A DNA stretch of 64,000 bases, from positions 94,612,001 to 94,676,000 of the forward strand of contig OZ024744.1 in NCBI GenBank assembly GCA_964016885.1. Reading direction: 5' to 3'. The position numbers and the translations under genes are program-made. This document shows, one piece after another, positions 30,474 through 44,149 of this stretch (the first letter of the stretch is position 1; the number at the start of each line of letters is the position of its first letter). The notes beneath the pieces were generated by a model that saw only the letters and a list, made by a program, of their open reading frames with translations, was not told the DNA's origin and did no database searches. The DNA is from Eledone cirrhosa. Lineage: Eukaryota.

Positions 30474-30500
30474 TATATATAATATATATATATATATATA

Positions 30501-30584
<84 letters not shown>

Positions 30585-30586
<2 letters not shown>

Positions 30587-31480
30587 TGTTATACTTGGGG
30601 AGGGTCATATTGCCAGAATTAATAATAGAACACACTCACTGTTTGGTTGGTTTTCGTTTCTGTGTCTTTTATATCGGTAATCTAATTTATTCGGTCCTCA
30701 ATGTTGCCATTGACTGACCAACGATCAAAAATACAGATACAATATAGACACAAACACATATATATATAGTTTATCAAAGTTCTTTCGTTGCACATCTGCA
30801 ACATCGTCAGTGGTGCTATTGTTTCCTCCCGTTGCATTGTATTTTCTACGCCATCTTTATTTAGTCTGTTTATATATTTATTTATTTGTTTATTTTATTC
30901 TGTCTTCTTTGCGCATGCGTTTGCGTGTGTGTATAGTGTTTTGTTTGATGTGTGTCCGTGATTGGGTGGCTGTGTATTGGTTAATGTATTCTATCTTTAC
31001 CAGTGTGTGTTTATATGTGTTTGTTGTTATTGTGCTTGTGTATGTATTTATTTATTTATTTATCTATTTATTTATTTTTCTATTTATTTATTTATTTATA
31101 CTTATCTTAGGTCAGTGTTGTTTGTTTGGGTGTTGTTGTTATTCCATTCATTTTTTCTGTTTAGCCTTGGCCTTCTAAGTTCTATTTCATTGGCCTCTCT
31201 GATTTGCCTATCTGCTGGGTTATTTCTATGTTTAGATATTATTCTAATTTCTATGTTGTCTATGTTACCGTTGTGTTGTTGTCTGGCATGTTCGTATAGT
31301 ACTGAACCGTTTTTTCGTCCTTTTAGTTCCCCCCAGTGTTGGTCTATCCTTTCACCTATGCTACGAGCTGTCTCGCCTATGTATGTTGTTGTCATGTTTC
31401 TGCAAGTACCCTCTGTACATCTTATGCTATAGACTACGTTTCTAGTTTTACAGTTTCGATAGAGTACGGGATGTTACAAA
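30585..31480 (-). mobile_element. PLE 3' fragment, different clade (GIY-YIG of YIGET..ER..H..RQ..EA..LN...EW type)
   Basis: ORF 31102-31395 (YIGETARSIGERIDQH..SVLYEH..RQIREA..LNRKNEW). Degenerate HHR at ~30772-30814. Confidence 0.8.
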
Positions 31481-32323
31481 GAACAATTCTTTGTGCCCCT
31501 TTGGTACTCCCTCGAATGGTCTAAAATAGACCATTCGAGGGAGTACCAAAGGGGCACAAAGAATTGTTCTTTGTGTACCACAGAAAAATATAGGATTTTG
31601 CTAAACTTGAAAGCCACTTCTGCTTGCCTGAACTCAAAGACCGAGATCTTCAGATGTTATCCTCATCTGAAATCACATCTGATCTGTAACTGGATTGACA
31701 TTCCTATGATAACTCAACCACCTTGAACTCCTCCTCTGCTCTTTACTTCTACTACGGCTTTTTTACCTGCTGAATCCACGTTCTGTACTCTTGTATTCTC
31801 TTTCTCCCTTATCTCCCCTTATATTTAAACCTTTTCCTATGTCCCTTTTCCCCCCTATTTTTTTGCCTTACCCTTCACACACCAAACATTTTTTTATTTT
31901 TAGATATTAATTTTTTATAATATGGTTTTGTGTGTTTTTATATAATAGCCTCAGAAAACGCTTGAGCTCTGCCGTAGGGTCAGACTTTTTCCTATGTGTG
32001 TGTGTATATATGTATATATACGTAATTGTATGTGTGTTTGTATTTCTGTGGTTGGGTTTTTTTTTGTTTTTTTTGTGTGTGTGTATGTATATATATTTAT
32101 GTGTGTATATGTATATATGTATAAGGGTGTATGTATGTGCATCATTACATATAGTGATTTGATGATTATTTTCGTTGATCTTTTGCTCCGGGAACTTGTT
32201 GAGTGCTCTAGGTCTGCTATGGGCATTTATACCCTTTTCTAAATATAAATTTTTTTTATTTATTATTTGTCGTATTCCCAATTTTTTAAAATATTTATTT
32301 TATAATATTTATGTTCTTTCTCA
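31476..32323 (+). mobile_element. Naiad-type PLE 3' fragment with a fold-back hairpin at its 5' end
   Basis: YSLEWSKI..Y..CSLCTTEK..I..LNSKTE..C.PH GIY-YIG C-terminus. Tail hairpin at 32184-32205. Confidence 0.75.
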
Positions 32324-32337
32324 TATATATATATATA

Positions 32338-32773
32338 TCACTTCAAAAGACTCTCAGCACTTTCCAGTGACCGACTGATCAATGCGATGTCGTCAGCAAA
32401 GTCGGTGTCGGTCAAGTATTTTGCTGGGTAGCGTGAGCTTCTTCTAGGCTGTAGTTGGTATCCCCTATCCTGAATCCTATCCACAGACATGCGCAAAACA
32501 TAATCCACAACAATGAAAAATCAACAAAGACGATCCCGGAGAGCTCAATTTGCTGGCCACTGTCACCGTGCCAGCAATGAAATCATATCCGCTCTCTTGC
32601 TCTGGAACCCTGACTCCAGCCTGACTAGGAGTAGGAAGCTGTCATTCCCTGACGTTATCTCTAGGCATACGGGAATCAGCAGACAGGACCTGGGGGCAGC
32701 GATGGAGGACAGGGAATTCTGGGGCATGAGGGTGAGATCCATCATCTCGATAGTAGTCGACGAGTGGTGATGA
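32338..32773. mobile_element. RTE-like LINE copy with a 5' inversion
   Basis: 32341-32517 minus strand encodes FIVVDYVLR..TDTDFADDIALIS (RT core). 32513-32770 plus strand encodes RRAQFAGHCHR..LLLW and ends in a GAT tail. Confidence 0.8.
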
Positions 32774-32913
32774 TATATATATATATATATATATATATTG
32801 AGTTATATATGTATGTGTGTGTGTGTGTGTGTGTGTACGTATGCATACGTATGTGTATGTATATATGTGTGTGTAGGTATATATATGTATGTTTGTATGT
32901 ATGTATGTGTACG

Positions 32914-32944
<31 letters not shown>

Positions 32945-33084
32945 TTTAGAGTTAAATAAGGTTCATATGAATTATCTAAGAATGAGTTTTACACACACAT
33001 ATATATATATGTGTGTGTTTGTATTTGGTTGTGCGTGTTTGTGATATGTACGTATTTGTATGTGTATAATTGTATGGCTATGTA

Positions 33085-33153
<69 letters not shown>

Positions 33154-33217
33154 ATATATGTGTGTGTGTGTATGTATTTGTGTATGCGTATGTATGTATT
33201 TGTATATGTATATTTAT

Positions 33218-35790
33218 GTGGCTGGAGCAGGCCTATAGGCAGGAGGAGAGTAACATGGTGGTGGAACAGTAGGGTGGAGGGGTCAATTAAGGCCAAAAAG
33301 CAGGCTTGGAAAGTATGGCGGGATGGGGAAGTAGAGAAGACTATCAAGTGGCCAGGAGGGAAGCTAGGAGACAAGTGTACTTCGCAAGAAGGGAAGCAGA
33401 GGAAAGAAAGTTCAAGCATGTCCTACAACGCGAGGACCAAAAACGTGAGGTGTTCAGGATTGCTAGGCAATGTGTCAAGGAAAACCGTGATATTGTCGGG
33501 GAGAAGTGTATACTTAATGATGATGGCGTACTTGCCATCACTGACGCTGATAAGAAGGTAGCTTGGAAGTGTCACTACGAAAGGCTACTAAATGAGGAGA
33601 ATAAATGGGAGAAAGACTGTCTCCCCCACATCGACCCAATAGAGGGACCAGCAGTGTTAGTCGAAGGTAGTATAATAAGTAAGGCAATCAAAGATATGAA
33701 GACGGGTAAGGTGGCTGGGCCTTCGGAAATAGTTGCTGAGATGCTGAAAGCCTCTGGAACGGTGGGACACACCATGGTCACCCGGATAGTAAACCAAATC
33801 ATACAGAATGGAGTTGTTCCGAAGGACTGGCATAGCAGCATCATCATTAACTGTTACAAGGGTAAAGTAGATGACCTAGATAGGAGTAACTATAGAGGCA
33901 TTAAATTAATTGACCAGGTCATGAAGGTCACGGAAAAAGTAATAGCGCAACTAATCAGAGAGAGAATTGATCTAGATGAAATGCAGTTCGGGTTTGTGTT
34001 AGGCAAAAGTACCACAGACGCTCTTTTCATTGTACGACAACTACAGGAGAAGTACCTAGCTAAAAGTAAACCCCTATACTTAGCTTTTGTCGACTTGGAG
34101 AAAGCCTTCGACAGAGTCCCCCGTTCCATTATCTGGTGGGCTCTTAGAAAACTAGGTGTTGATGAATGGCTTGTGAGAGCTATACAAGCCATGTATAAAG
34201 AAACAGTCAGCAAGGTTAGAATTAACAACGAATATAGTGAAGAGTTTAGCGTAAAAGTTGGTGTTCATCACGGCTCTGTTCTCAGCCCCCTACTATTTAT
34301 TATTGCCCTTCAGGCTATAACAGTGGAGTTCAAGACCGGCTGCCCATGGGAACTCCTATACGCAGATGATCTAACGCTCATAGCTGAATCAATGGCTGAG
34401 CTAGAGAAGAAATTCCAAACATGGAAGCACGGCCTAGAATCAAAAGGCCTTAAAATTAACCTGGCTAAGACTAAAGAAAATAAGGCGCCGGTCCCTTCCG
34501 GGAAATGGCCATGCTCAGTGTGAAGGAAAGGCGTAGGTAGAAACTCCATTTTATGACCCAAATGCAAAGTATGGGTGCATAGAAGATGTAGTGGGATCAC
34601 AGGTATGCTAACTAAGAACACAGATTTTACATGTGGCCGGTGCCCTGGTGCAATAAGTAGCAGCAAGTGCCCACAGAATACTAGCTCTTTCAATTGCGCA
34701 GAGGGTTCTATAGAAATAGTGGACACCTTCCGTTACCTGGGTGACAAAATCAGCAGTGGGGGAGGGTGCTCTGAAAGTACAGAGTCAGAACTGGATGGAA
34801 AAAGTTCAGCGAGCTTATACCACTATTAGCCGCTAAAGGGTTCTCCCTAAAAATGAAAGGCAGGTTGTATGATGCCTGCATACGAACAGCAATGTTGCAT
34901 GGCAGTGAGACCTGGGCATTGTGTGCAGAGGATATACACAGACTAGAGAGGAACGGAGCTTGCATGCTCCGCTGGATGTGTAATAGTAATATATGTGAAC
35001 GGCAAAGCATTAACAAACTAAGGGAAAAATTAGAAATAAGAGGGATCAGATGTTGTTTACTCGAGAGAAGGCTACGTTGGTATGGTCACGTGATGCGCAT
35101 GAAAGACAACAGCTGTATAAAAAAGTGCAGGGCAATAAAGATAGACGGTAGCCACAGAGTAGGCAGACCCAGAATAACCTGGGACGACTTGATAAATTCC
35201 GACCTCACACACTTACACCTCTCCAAGACAATGTCACTGGACCGAGATCTTTGGCGGTACTCAGTAATAGAGAAGACCCACCTTACCTAAATACAAAGTA
35301 AAACCTACTACAGCCAGTAGGCAACTCTAACAAAATACACCCCCGTCCCACCACCCCCACCCTATCCACATCACCCCTTTCAATGTAAAGTTATGTTGGT
35401 GCCACAACATCCAGGCCGAAACAAATGAGGTCGTGTAGGTGTCACGACAAAAAAACACACAGTCCACGCCGTAATGTGGCCGTGTAGGTAACACGGTAAA
35501 AACCTCCCAGTCCCACACTGTAAATGTGGTTGGTGTTAGGAAGGGCATCCAGCTGTAGAAAACCCGCCAGACAGTCCACGCTGTAATGTGGCCGTGTAGG
35601 CAACACGGTAAAAACCTCCCAGCCCCACACTGTAAATGTGGATGGTGTTAGGAAGGGCATCCAACTGTAGAAAACCCGCCAGACAGTCCTATGCGAGCAA
35701 GACAACCACTCTTGCCTCAAGTGGGAAAACCCCCGTCCAAACCCATGCAAGTGTGGAACACGGACGTTAAACCTGATGATGATGATGATG
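33218..35790 (+). mobile_element. RTE-clade LINE, 5'-truncated and decayed, with a Cys/His-rich insert and (GAT)n tail
   Basis: RT motifs (FVDLEKAFDRVP, GVH.GSVLSP, YADD), a C..C..C..C..H..C..C..C segment with stops, RRLRWYGHV and GRPR.TW motifs, 3' UTR ending gacgttaaacc(tga)n. Confidence 0.9.
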
Positions 35791-36345
35791 TGTGTTTGTT
35801 CATTTATTTGTTGCTTGTATCGCTGTCAACTTTATAATAGTCTTTATTTTTCTTTTTTATTATTATATATATTTTTTCTTATATTTATTTGTGTGTGTGA
35901 ATATATTTTTCTATTTTTGTGCATGCATATGTATGCATGTATATATGTGTGTATGTATGTGTATGTATGTACGTGTGTATATACGTATGATTGTGTGTAT
36001 GTATGTATGTATATGTATGTGTGTATGGCTATGTATGTGTGTGTGTGTGTGTGCATATATATATATATATTTCTATATATATATGTATATATATGTGTGT
36101 GATTGTATATATATGTATGTGTATGTATGTATGTGTATGTATATACATACACATATATATGTGTATATGTATGTGTGTGTGTATGTATATATATATGTAT
36201 ATGTGTGTATGTATATAATTGTGTGTGTTTGTGTTTGCATGTGTGTTTTTATTTTATTTTTCCTTTCCTTCCTTCTCCAGCCTCACTTTCATAGAGATTG
36301 CATTTTTGTTTTTAGAATCCAATATCAATAAATACACCAGGATTT

Positions 36346-36405
36346 TTTCATTCTGATGATTGAAAGCAAAATTTTTTGCTTTTAAGAAACCACTGGTAAA
36401 TGGAA
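36346..36405 (+). ncRNA. Type I hammerhead ribozyme
   Basis: TTTCATT-CTGATGA-TTGAAAGCAAAA TT TTTTGCTTTTAA-GAAA-CCACTGG-TA-AATGGAA. Confidence 0.82.
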
Positions 36406-36489
36406 TAATTGCCTTATGTTGTTTATTACATAACTATATATATATAAATATATAAATATATATATATAAATATATACATAAATATATAT

Positions 36490-36562
<73 letters not shown>

Positions 36563-36612
36563 AATATATACGATATTAAATAAATGGAAACTATATTTAT
36601 AAAACCATATCT

Positions 36613-36676
36613 ATTTCATTATATATATTTCAGGGATATCATATTAACAATATGCTATGCCTTCCTCAGACAAAAT
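36613..36676 (-). ncRNA. Type I hammerhead ribozyme
   Basis: Inverted copy of 41363-41426. Confidence 0.8.
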
Positions 36677-38802
36677 ACAATATAGACAGTTTTATAGATA
36701 AATAGATTTGACATACTGTTCAACATCAACTTGTATTTGAAAAGTTGATTTGGCAGTGAAAAAATTGTAAACAGAAAGAAAGAAAGGGAGAAAGAAGGAA
36801 AGAAAGAAAAGAAAGAAAGAAAACGAAGAAAAAGAAGAAAAAGAAGAAATGCATGTAACAAAATAGAGAGATGGAAAGATAGATAAAGAGAAGAACTTCA
36901 TGTAAAGAAACAGAGATATATATATAGAGAGAGGAAATAGATAGAGATAGATATATATAGAGAAAAGTAGGTAGTTGGACATCCGTTGAATAAACGTATC
37001 AATGATACATTTATTTATTTATTTATTTATTTAGCTCTAGTATTAATGTAAGGGAGATATATGTGGTTAGGAGAGAAACCAGCTGTTATATAGAGAGAAA
37101 AATGAAAAGTAACCAGACATAGGCGAGGCATAAAACCCTATGTTTTAATGTAGAAGTATTAGTATGTATAAAAACCAGGCACTATAATGTAAATATCAGT
37201 ATTCTTGAATGAGACACGTATCCATAATGTGTGAAAAGTAATGATCTTATGTCTAGTTTTAAAGATTCATGTTTATATGATAACTACAAACATCGATGTG
37301 AATTTACGTGATCAACTCTGCAAACCCCTATTTCACACGGAGAACATTCTCATTGTGCTATAAAAATTTAAGTATACAAATATGTGTATATATATACACA
37401 TATATATAGAGTCTATATTAATTTTAACAATACTATTCTTGTCTTTACTCTACATGATTATCTATCAAGCAGAAATAGAGAACAGATTTCAATATATTAA
37501 TAAAAAATAAAAAATATCAGAAACAAAAACAAAATAATAATAATAATAATAATAATAAATAATAATAAAATAGAAAACTAAAAAATATTACGAAAAAATA
37601 TTACATATTAAAAATAAAAATAAAAAAATACTACAATAATAAAAAATAAACCACAAAGATCAACCCTTCAAAATTAATTGACAATATATTGCCAAGTTCA
37701 TTATAAGCATCAGAGTCGAAAACAGATAAAGCTAAAAATTATTTATCAAATCGCGTCTAGCAAAAATCATTTCAAAAAGTTTAGGATGCCCATTTGGTCT
37801 ACATGTGTTCTTATATTTAATATAGAAGTTTATCTAGTGTAACGTTTATTCGAAATATTTGGAGCATCAACTTTTAGGGTAGTTTAATATTTCATGAAGA
37901 ATGTTTAAATAAAAATAAAAATAAAAATAAAAAGAAGAAATCGAAAGATTTATCGGCTAGTTTCCCAAATAATTATAAATCAAACTAAATATACTACATT
38001 TTAAATTTAAATTTATATTTAAAAGTTGAGTTTAATCTATGTTTGCAGCAACTGAATAAATTTGTCCGTAGATTAAGGGAATTTTTAGATTTTAGTATAA
38101 AGAATATCTCCTCTGCGCAGAGGTCACATGTCTCAGAGGATGAATTAAAAGGAATCCCTCTTGAGACTATATTCCAAGCCGTCGAATATCTAACGTTATC
38201 TAGCTTAAGTTGCCAGAGTACGCCTGATAGTGCTGTTGAAGATTTTTTGCTTGGATCTGTGAAAGAATTCTTGTGGTTATTATAGCGAAGTTTAAATTTC
38301 GTCGATGTGGAACCGACGTAGTTAAAAGAATTAGAGTCAGTTTTAACATTACAATTGTATATTATATTTTTAACTAAGCAGTTGTTATTTAACGGACATT
38401 TAGATCTATCTCTACAGTTACATTTGTTAACTTGTATATTATTTATGCTATTACCACTAGGTTTTAAGTTCCTATTATTTATTCTATTAATATTTTGTGC
38501 TAAATTTTTGGTGGATGAGTAGGTTAATTTTATAGTATGTCTATTGAAAATTGAGTGATACCTATGTGTTCTAGGGAAGCGATTATCAAGAGCTTTAAAA
38601 AATAGTTTAGCGATGTGGGTTTTAATGTTTAGTGAGAAAGGGGGGGCAAACCAAATTATGTTCCTAGTTCTATTTCTTTTTTGGCTTTTGGAATTATTGT
38701 AATGCTTTCTATTATAGTTGTTAAGGTTGTTGCCGTAATTAAAATAGTTGTTATTTTGTTTAGTTTGTCTATCATTATCTATGTACATAATCTTATCACT
38801 AT

Positions 38803-40054
38803 ATCCGACTCAGCTCAGGTAACTGACCTTGTGGGCTTATTTTTAATCAATTCGCTACATAGGAAAATACCTGGTACTACCGGAGGTTTATATAGAGATG
38901 ACATGCTTTTACTTATTGATAATAATAATAACTCTGAACTAAATAGAAAAAGTAAACAAATTACACAATTTTTTAATTACTTTAATCTTAAAATAGAAAT
39001 TGAGAACAACCATAGAATAGTCAATTTCCTAGATATAACATTAAATCTCAACACATGTCTTCACTATCCTTTTCACAAGTTGAATGAAAACTTAAACTAT
39101 GTCAGCTTTAACTCTAACCACCCGAGATCTGTCAAAAACACTATAGTAAACTCTGTTCAAAAACGTATCTCTAGAATCTCGTCTAATAGAAAGATTTTCG
39201 ACGAAAAAGCCCAGTATTACAATGAAGCGTTAGCTAGAGCAGGATATAGTGATAAGATTATGTACATAGATAATGATAGACAAACTAAACAAAATAACAA
39301 CTATTTTAATTACGGCAACAACCTTAACAACTATAATAGAAAGCATTACAATAATTCCAAAAGCCAAAAAAGAAATAGAACTAGGAACATAATTTGGTTT
39401 GCCCCCCCTTTCTCACTAAACATTAAAACCCACATCGCTAAACTATTTTTTAAAGCTCTTGATAATCGCTTCCCTAGAACACATAGGTATCACTCAATTT
39501 TCAATAGACATACTATAAAATTAACCTACTCATCCACCAAAAATTTAGCACAAAATATTAATAGAATAAATAATAGGAACTTAAAACCTAGTGGTAATAG
39601 CATAAATAATATACAAGTTAACAAATGTAACTGTAGAGATAGATCTAAATGTCCGTTAAATAACAACTGCTTAGTTAAAAATATAATATACAATTGTAAT
39701 GTTAAAACTGACTCTAATTCTTTTAACTACGTCGGTTCCACATCGACGAAATTTAAACTTCGCTATAATAACCACAAGAATTCTTTCACAGATCCAAGCA
39801 AAAAATCTTCAACAGCACTATCAGGCGTACTCTGGCAACTTAAGCTAGATAACGTTAGATATTCGACGGCTTGGAATATAGTCTCAAGAGGGATTCCTTT
39901 TAATTCATCCTCTGAGACATGTGACCTCTGCGCAGAGGAGATATTCTTTATACTAAAATCTAAAAATTCCCTTAATCTACGGACAAATTTATTCAGTTGC
40001 TGCAAACATAGATTAAACTCAACTTTTAAATATAAATTTAAATTTAAAATGTAG
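38803..40054 (+). CDS. 5'-truncated but uninterrupted PLE RT C-half plus GIY-YIG endonuclease
   Basis: SDSAQVTDLVG..GLYRDD..VNFLD..CNCRDRSKCPLNNNCL..IIY..YVGSTSTKFKLRYNNH..CDLCAEE..LN.R..CCKH. The N-terminal ~40 aa of track ORF 38681-40054 is antisense junction sequence. Confidence 0.88.
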
Positions 40055-41362
40055 TATATTTAGTTTGATTTATAATTATTTGGGAAACTAGCCGATAAAT
40101 CTTTCGATTTCTTCTTTTTATTTTTATTTTTATTTAAATATTCTTCATGAAATATTAAACTACCCTAAAAGTTGATGCTCCAAATATTTCGAATAAACGT
40201 TACACTAGATAAACTTCTATATTAAATATAAGAACACATGTAGACCAAATGGGCATCCTAAACTTTTTGAAATGATTTTTGCTAGACGCGATTTGATAAA
40301 TAATTTTTAGCTTTATCTGTTTTCGACTCTGATGCTTATAATGAACTTGGCAATATATTGTCAATTAATTTTGAAGGGTTGATCTTTGTGGTTTATTTTT
40401 TATTATTGTAGTATTTTTTTATTTTTAATATGTAATATTTTTTCCTAATATTTTTTAGTTTTCTATTTTATTATTATTTATTATTATTATTATTATTATT
40501 TTTTTTGTTTTTGTTTCTGATATTTTTTATTTTTTATTAATATATTGAAATCTGTTCTCTATTTCTGCTTGATAGATAATCATGTAGAGTAAAGACAAGA
40601 ATAGTATTGTTAAAATTAATATAGACTCTATATATATGTGTATATATATACACATATATGTATACTTAAATTTTTATAGCACAATGAGAATGTTCTCCGT
40701 GTGAAATAGGGGTTTGCAGAGTTGATCACGTAAATTCACATCGATGTTTGTAGTTATCATATAAACATATGAATTTTTAAAACTAAACATAAGATCATTA
40801 CTTTTCACACATTATGGATACGTGTCTCATTCAGGAATACTGATATTTACATTATAGTGCCTGGTTTTTATACATACTAATACTTCTACATTAAAACATA
40901 GGGTTTTATGCCTCGCCTATGTCTGGTTACTTTTCATTTTTCTCTCTATATAACAGCTGGTTTCTCTCCTAACCACATATATCTCCCTTACATTAATACT
41001 AGAGCTAAATAAATAAATAAATAAATGTATCATTGATACGTTTATTCAACGGATGTCCAACTACCCACTTTTCTCTATATATATATCTATCTCTATCTAT
41101 TTCCTCTCTCTATATATATCTCTCTCTGTTTCTTTACATGAAGTTCTTCTCTTTATCTATCTTTCCATCTCTCTATTTTGTTACATGCATTTCTTCTTTT
41201 TCTTCTTTTTCTTCGTTTTCTTTCTTTCTTTTCTTTCTTTCCTTCTTTCTCTCTTTCTTTCTTTCTGTTTACAATTTTTTCACTGCCAAATCAACTTTTC
41301 AAATACAAGTCGATGTTGAACGGTATGTCAAATCTATTTATCTATAAAACTGTCTATATTGT

Positions 41363-41426
41363 ATTTTGTCTGAGGAAGGCATAGCATATTGTTAATATGA
41401 TATCCCTGAAATATATATAATGAAAT
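41363..41426 (+). ncRNA. Type I hammerhead ribozyme
   Basis: ATTTTGT-CTGAGGA-AGG..CCT-GAAA-TATATA-TA-ATGAAAT. Confidence 0.8.
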
Positions 41427-41556
41427 AGATATGGTTTTATAAATATAGTTTCCATTTATTTAATATCGTAAATATACTCCAAATACTTGTTGAGTGCTTT
41501 TATATCAGTTATAAATATTTACTAGTTGTAACCCAACAATTTAAATATAACTTTCC

Positions 41557-41592
<36 letters not shown>

Positions 41593-42832
41593 CGTCGTTT
41601 AACGTCTATCTTCCACGTTAGCATGGGTTTAGATGGGATTTGTCCACGTGAGGCAAGATTGGTGTCTTGCTCATATAGGACTGTCTGGCGGGTTTTCTAT
41701 GGCTAGATGCCCTTCCTAACACCAACTACGTTTACAGTGTGGACTGGGAGGTTTTTACCATGTTACCTACACGGCCACATTACAGCATGGACTGTGTGTT
41801 TTTTTGTCGTGACACCTACACGACCTCATTTATTTAGGACTGGACGTTGTGGCACCAACATAACTTTAGGTGTAGATGGGGGTGGGGGTAAGTGTAGTGG
41901 GGTGGGAGTGTATATATGGTTAGGAGGTGCCTACTGACTGTAGGTTTCGCTTTGTACTTATGCAAGGCGGGTCTTCTGTATTACTGCGTAGCGCCAAAGA
42001 TCTCGGTCCAGTGACATTGTCTTACGGAGATGTAAGTGTGTAAGGTCGGAATTTATCAAATCGTCCCAGGTTTTTCTGGGTCTGCCTACTCCGTAGCTAC
42101 CGTCTATTTTGATCGCCCTGCACTTTTTTATACAGCTGTCGTCTTTCATGCGCATCATGTGACCATACCAACGTAGTCTTCTCTCGAGTAAACAGCATCT
42201 GATCCCTCTTATTCCTAATGTCTCACTTAGTTCATTTATGCTTTGCTGTTCACGTATATTACTATTACACATCCAGCGGAGCATGTAAGCTTCGTTCCTC
42301 TCCAGTCTGTGTATATCCTCTGCACACAATGCCCAGGTCTCACTGCCATGTAACATTGCTGTTCGTATGCAGGCATCATACAGCCTGCCTTTCATTTTTA
42401 GAGAGAACCCTTTAGCGGCCAGTAGTGGTATAAGCTCTCTGAACTTTTTCCATCTAGTTCTGACTCTAGCTACTGTACTTTCAGAGCACCCACCACCACT
42501 GTTGATTTTGTCACCCAGGTAACAGAAAGTGTCCACTATTTCTATAGAACCATCTGTGCAATTGAATGAGCTAGTATTCTGTGGGCACTTGCTCCTACTT
42601 GTTGCACCTGAGAACTGGCCACATATAAAATCTATGTTCTTGGTTAGTTTACTTGTGATCCCACTACATCTTTTATGCACCCATACTATTCATTTGGGAC
42701 ATAAAATGGAGTTTCTGCCTACTCCTTTCCTACACACTACACACGGGTATTTCCCTGAGGGGACCAGTGCCCTATTTTCCTTCCTACATACTAGAACTTT
42801 AGTCTTAGACAAGTTAATTTTAAGGCCTTTTG
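41593..42832 (-). mobile_element. RTE LINE 3' fragment
   Basis: ORFs 41958-42680 and part of 42690-42914 match the C-terminus of the RTE at 33218-35790. Confidence 0.88.
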
Positions 42833-42854
42833 ATATATATATATATATATATAT

Positions 42855-43243
42855 GGAGGCACATGGCTTTGTGGTTAGAGGATTGGGCTTGCAATAGAAA
42901 GGTTGTAAGTTCAATTCTCAGACCGGATGATGTGTTGTTTCCTTGAGCAAGACACTTTATTTCACATTGTTCCAGTTTACTCAGCTGTAGAAATGAGAAG
43001 ATAGGACTGGGGTCCCTATCATTCCACTGCAAAGTGGTCGTGGAGGTGCCACGGCAAAAAAAGCCCCCAGCCCACACTGTAAAGTGGACGTGTAGGTGCC
43101 ATGGTAAAAAAGCACCCGGCACTCACTGTAAATGAGGTTTGGTGTTAGGAAGGGCATCCAGCTGTAGAAATCAAGCCAGAATCAGTTCCCGTCCCACCCT
43201 TGCAAGCAGGGAAAAAGCAGACGTAAAATGATGATGGTGATGA
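42855..43243 (+). mobile_element. Same CORE-type SINE with a duplicated ~48-bp internal unit
   Basis: High similarity to 9645-9992. Confidence 0.85.
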
Positions 43244-43282
43244 TATATATATAAAAAAAAAAATATATATATATATATATAA

Positions 43283-44145
43283 TGTATAATAAACAATACA
43301 ATTTAATTACCTCATTACCAGAGGTTTCCCGAATAAGACGAATACAAGAAATGTCCTCATTCGTTCGTCAGACAAAGCAATTTAAAACATAGTGAAATAT
43401 TTGAAAAATCTCCTCAGGAAAGGCAGAAGTTTAAATGGCAAAAATAAAAAATTATATAAATAAAAGTAATGCAAGAGTTATATAAAAATAAAATAAGGAA
43501 ATATAGTAAGGGTATGTGTATAAATGTGTGTATATGCACCTACAAATGTACATATGTGTGTATGTACAAATGCATGTGTATAGTGAAAAAATGTATGCGT
43601 AAGTACATACATGAGGGCAAGCATATCGGTGTATGTGTGACCACAAATACGTATATAATATATGTTGAAAAAAGAAATTGTAAGATAATAGAGTCAGGGA
43701 CTAAGGATTGAAATATATACACAAATGTTTATCTATGAGTTCTAGGAATTTTTTGCCTACATTAGTTTTAACTGCTAAAAAGTAGGGGTGTGTGAACCAG
43801 ATTATTTTTCTTTTCCTATTATTATGTTTAAAGGAGTTATTGTTGGGTCTGTACTTAATCGGTTCACTAAATCCACTATTTTGAAGGGCTTTATTATAGA
43901 AGGGGGATGCCTTATTGAAAATAGTGTCTGAGGAAGCGAGGGTGGAGATCCTACGTCTAATATTAGGGATAAGATTTTTAAAAACTATAGGAGGATGGCA
44001 AGAGCCTTTATTTATATATTTTAAATTTTCATTAGGTTTATGGTACGGTTTATAAGAAGCAGTAGGCAGATCTAGGTTTATATCTAGAAAATTAACATTA
44101 GAAAGGTTAGTGTCAATGGTAATTTTAAGATTAAAACTATGTATA
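43283..44145 (-). mobile_element. Naiad-type PLE fragment (RT thumb joined to 3' UTR, endonuclease deleted)
   Basis: ORF 43701-44153: VNFLDINLDL..YKPYHKPN..HPP..IIWF. HHR at 43307-43380. Confidence 0.8.
43307..43380 (-). ncRNA. Type I hammerhead ribozyme
   Basis: TTGCTTTGT-CTGACGA-ACGAATGAGGA..TCTTATTCGG-GAAA-CCTCTGG-TA-ATGAGGTAA on minus strand. Confidence 0.78.
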
Positions 44146-44149
44146 TATA

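Larger units (their letters stand above)
36569..41557 (+). mobile_element. Penelope-like element (same Naiad-type family) with 2.2-kb inverted arms
   Basis: Plus-strand body from ~38803. Left arm 36569-38806 is the reverse complement of 39242-41470, joined at an ATCC microhomology. (TA)n flanks. Confidence 0.92.

Noticed and set aside
30772-30814. Minus-strand hammerhead CTGACGA..GAAA
   Set aside because: Good stem II but stem I is mismatched; probably decayed, not counted as intact.
37994-38788. Independent 264-aa GIY-YIG gene
   Set aside because: It is the inverted duplicate arm of the PLE at 39242-41470, starting at an internal Met.
38803-40054. Selenoprotein-type Naiad (UGA at conserved Cys)
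   Set aside because: All conserved Cys positions here are TGT/TGC and the ORF has no in-frame TGA.
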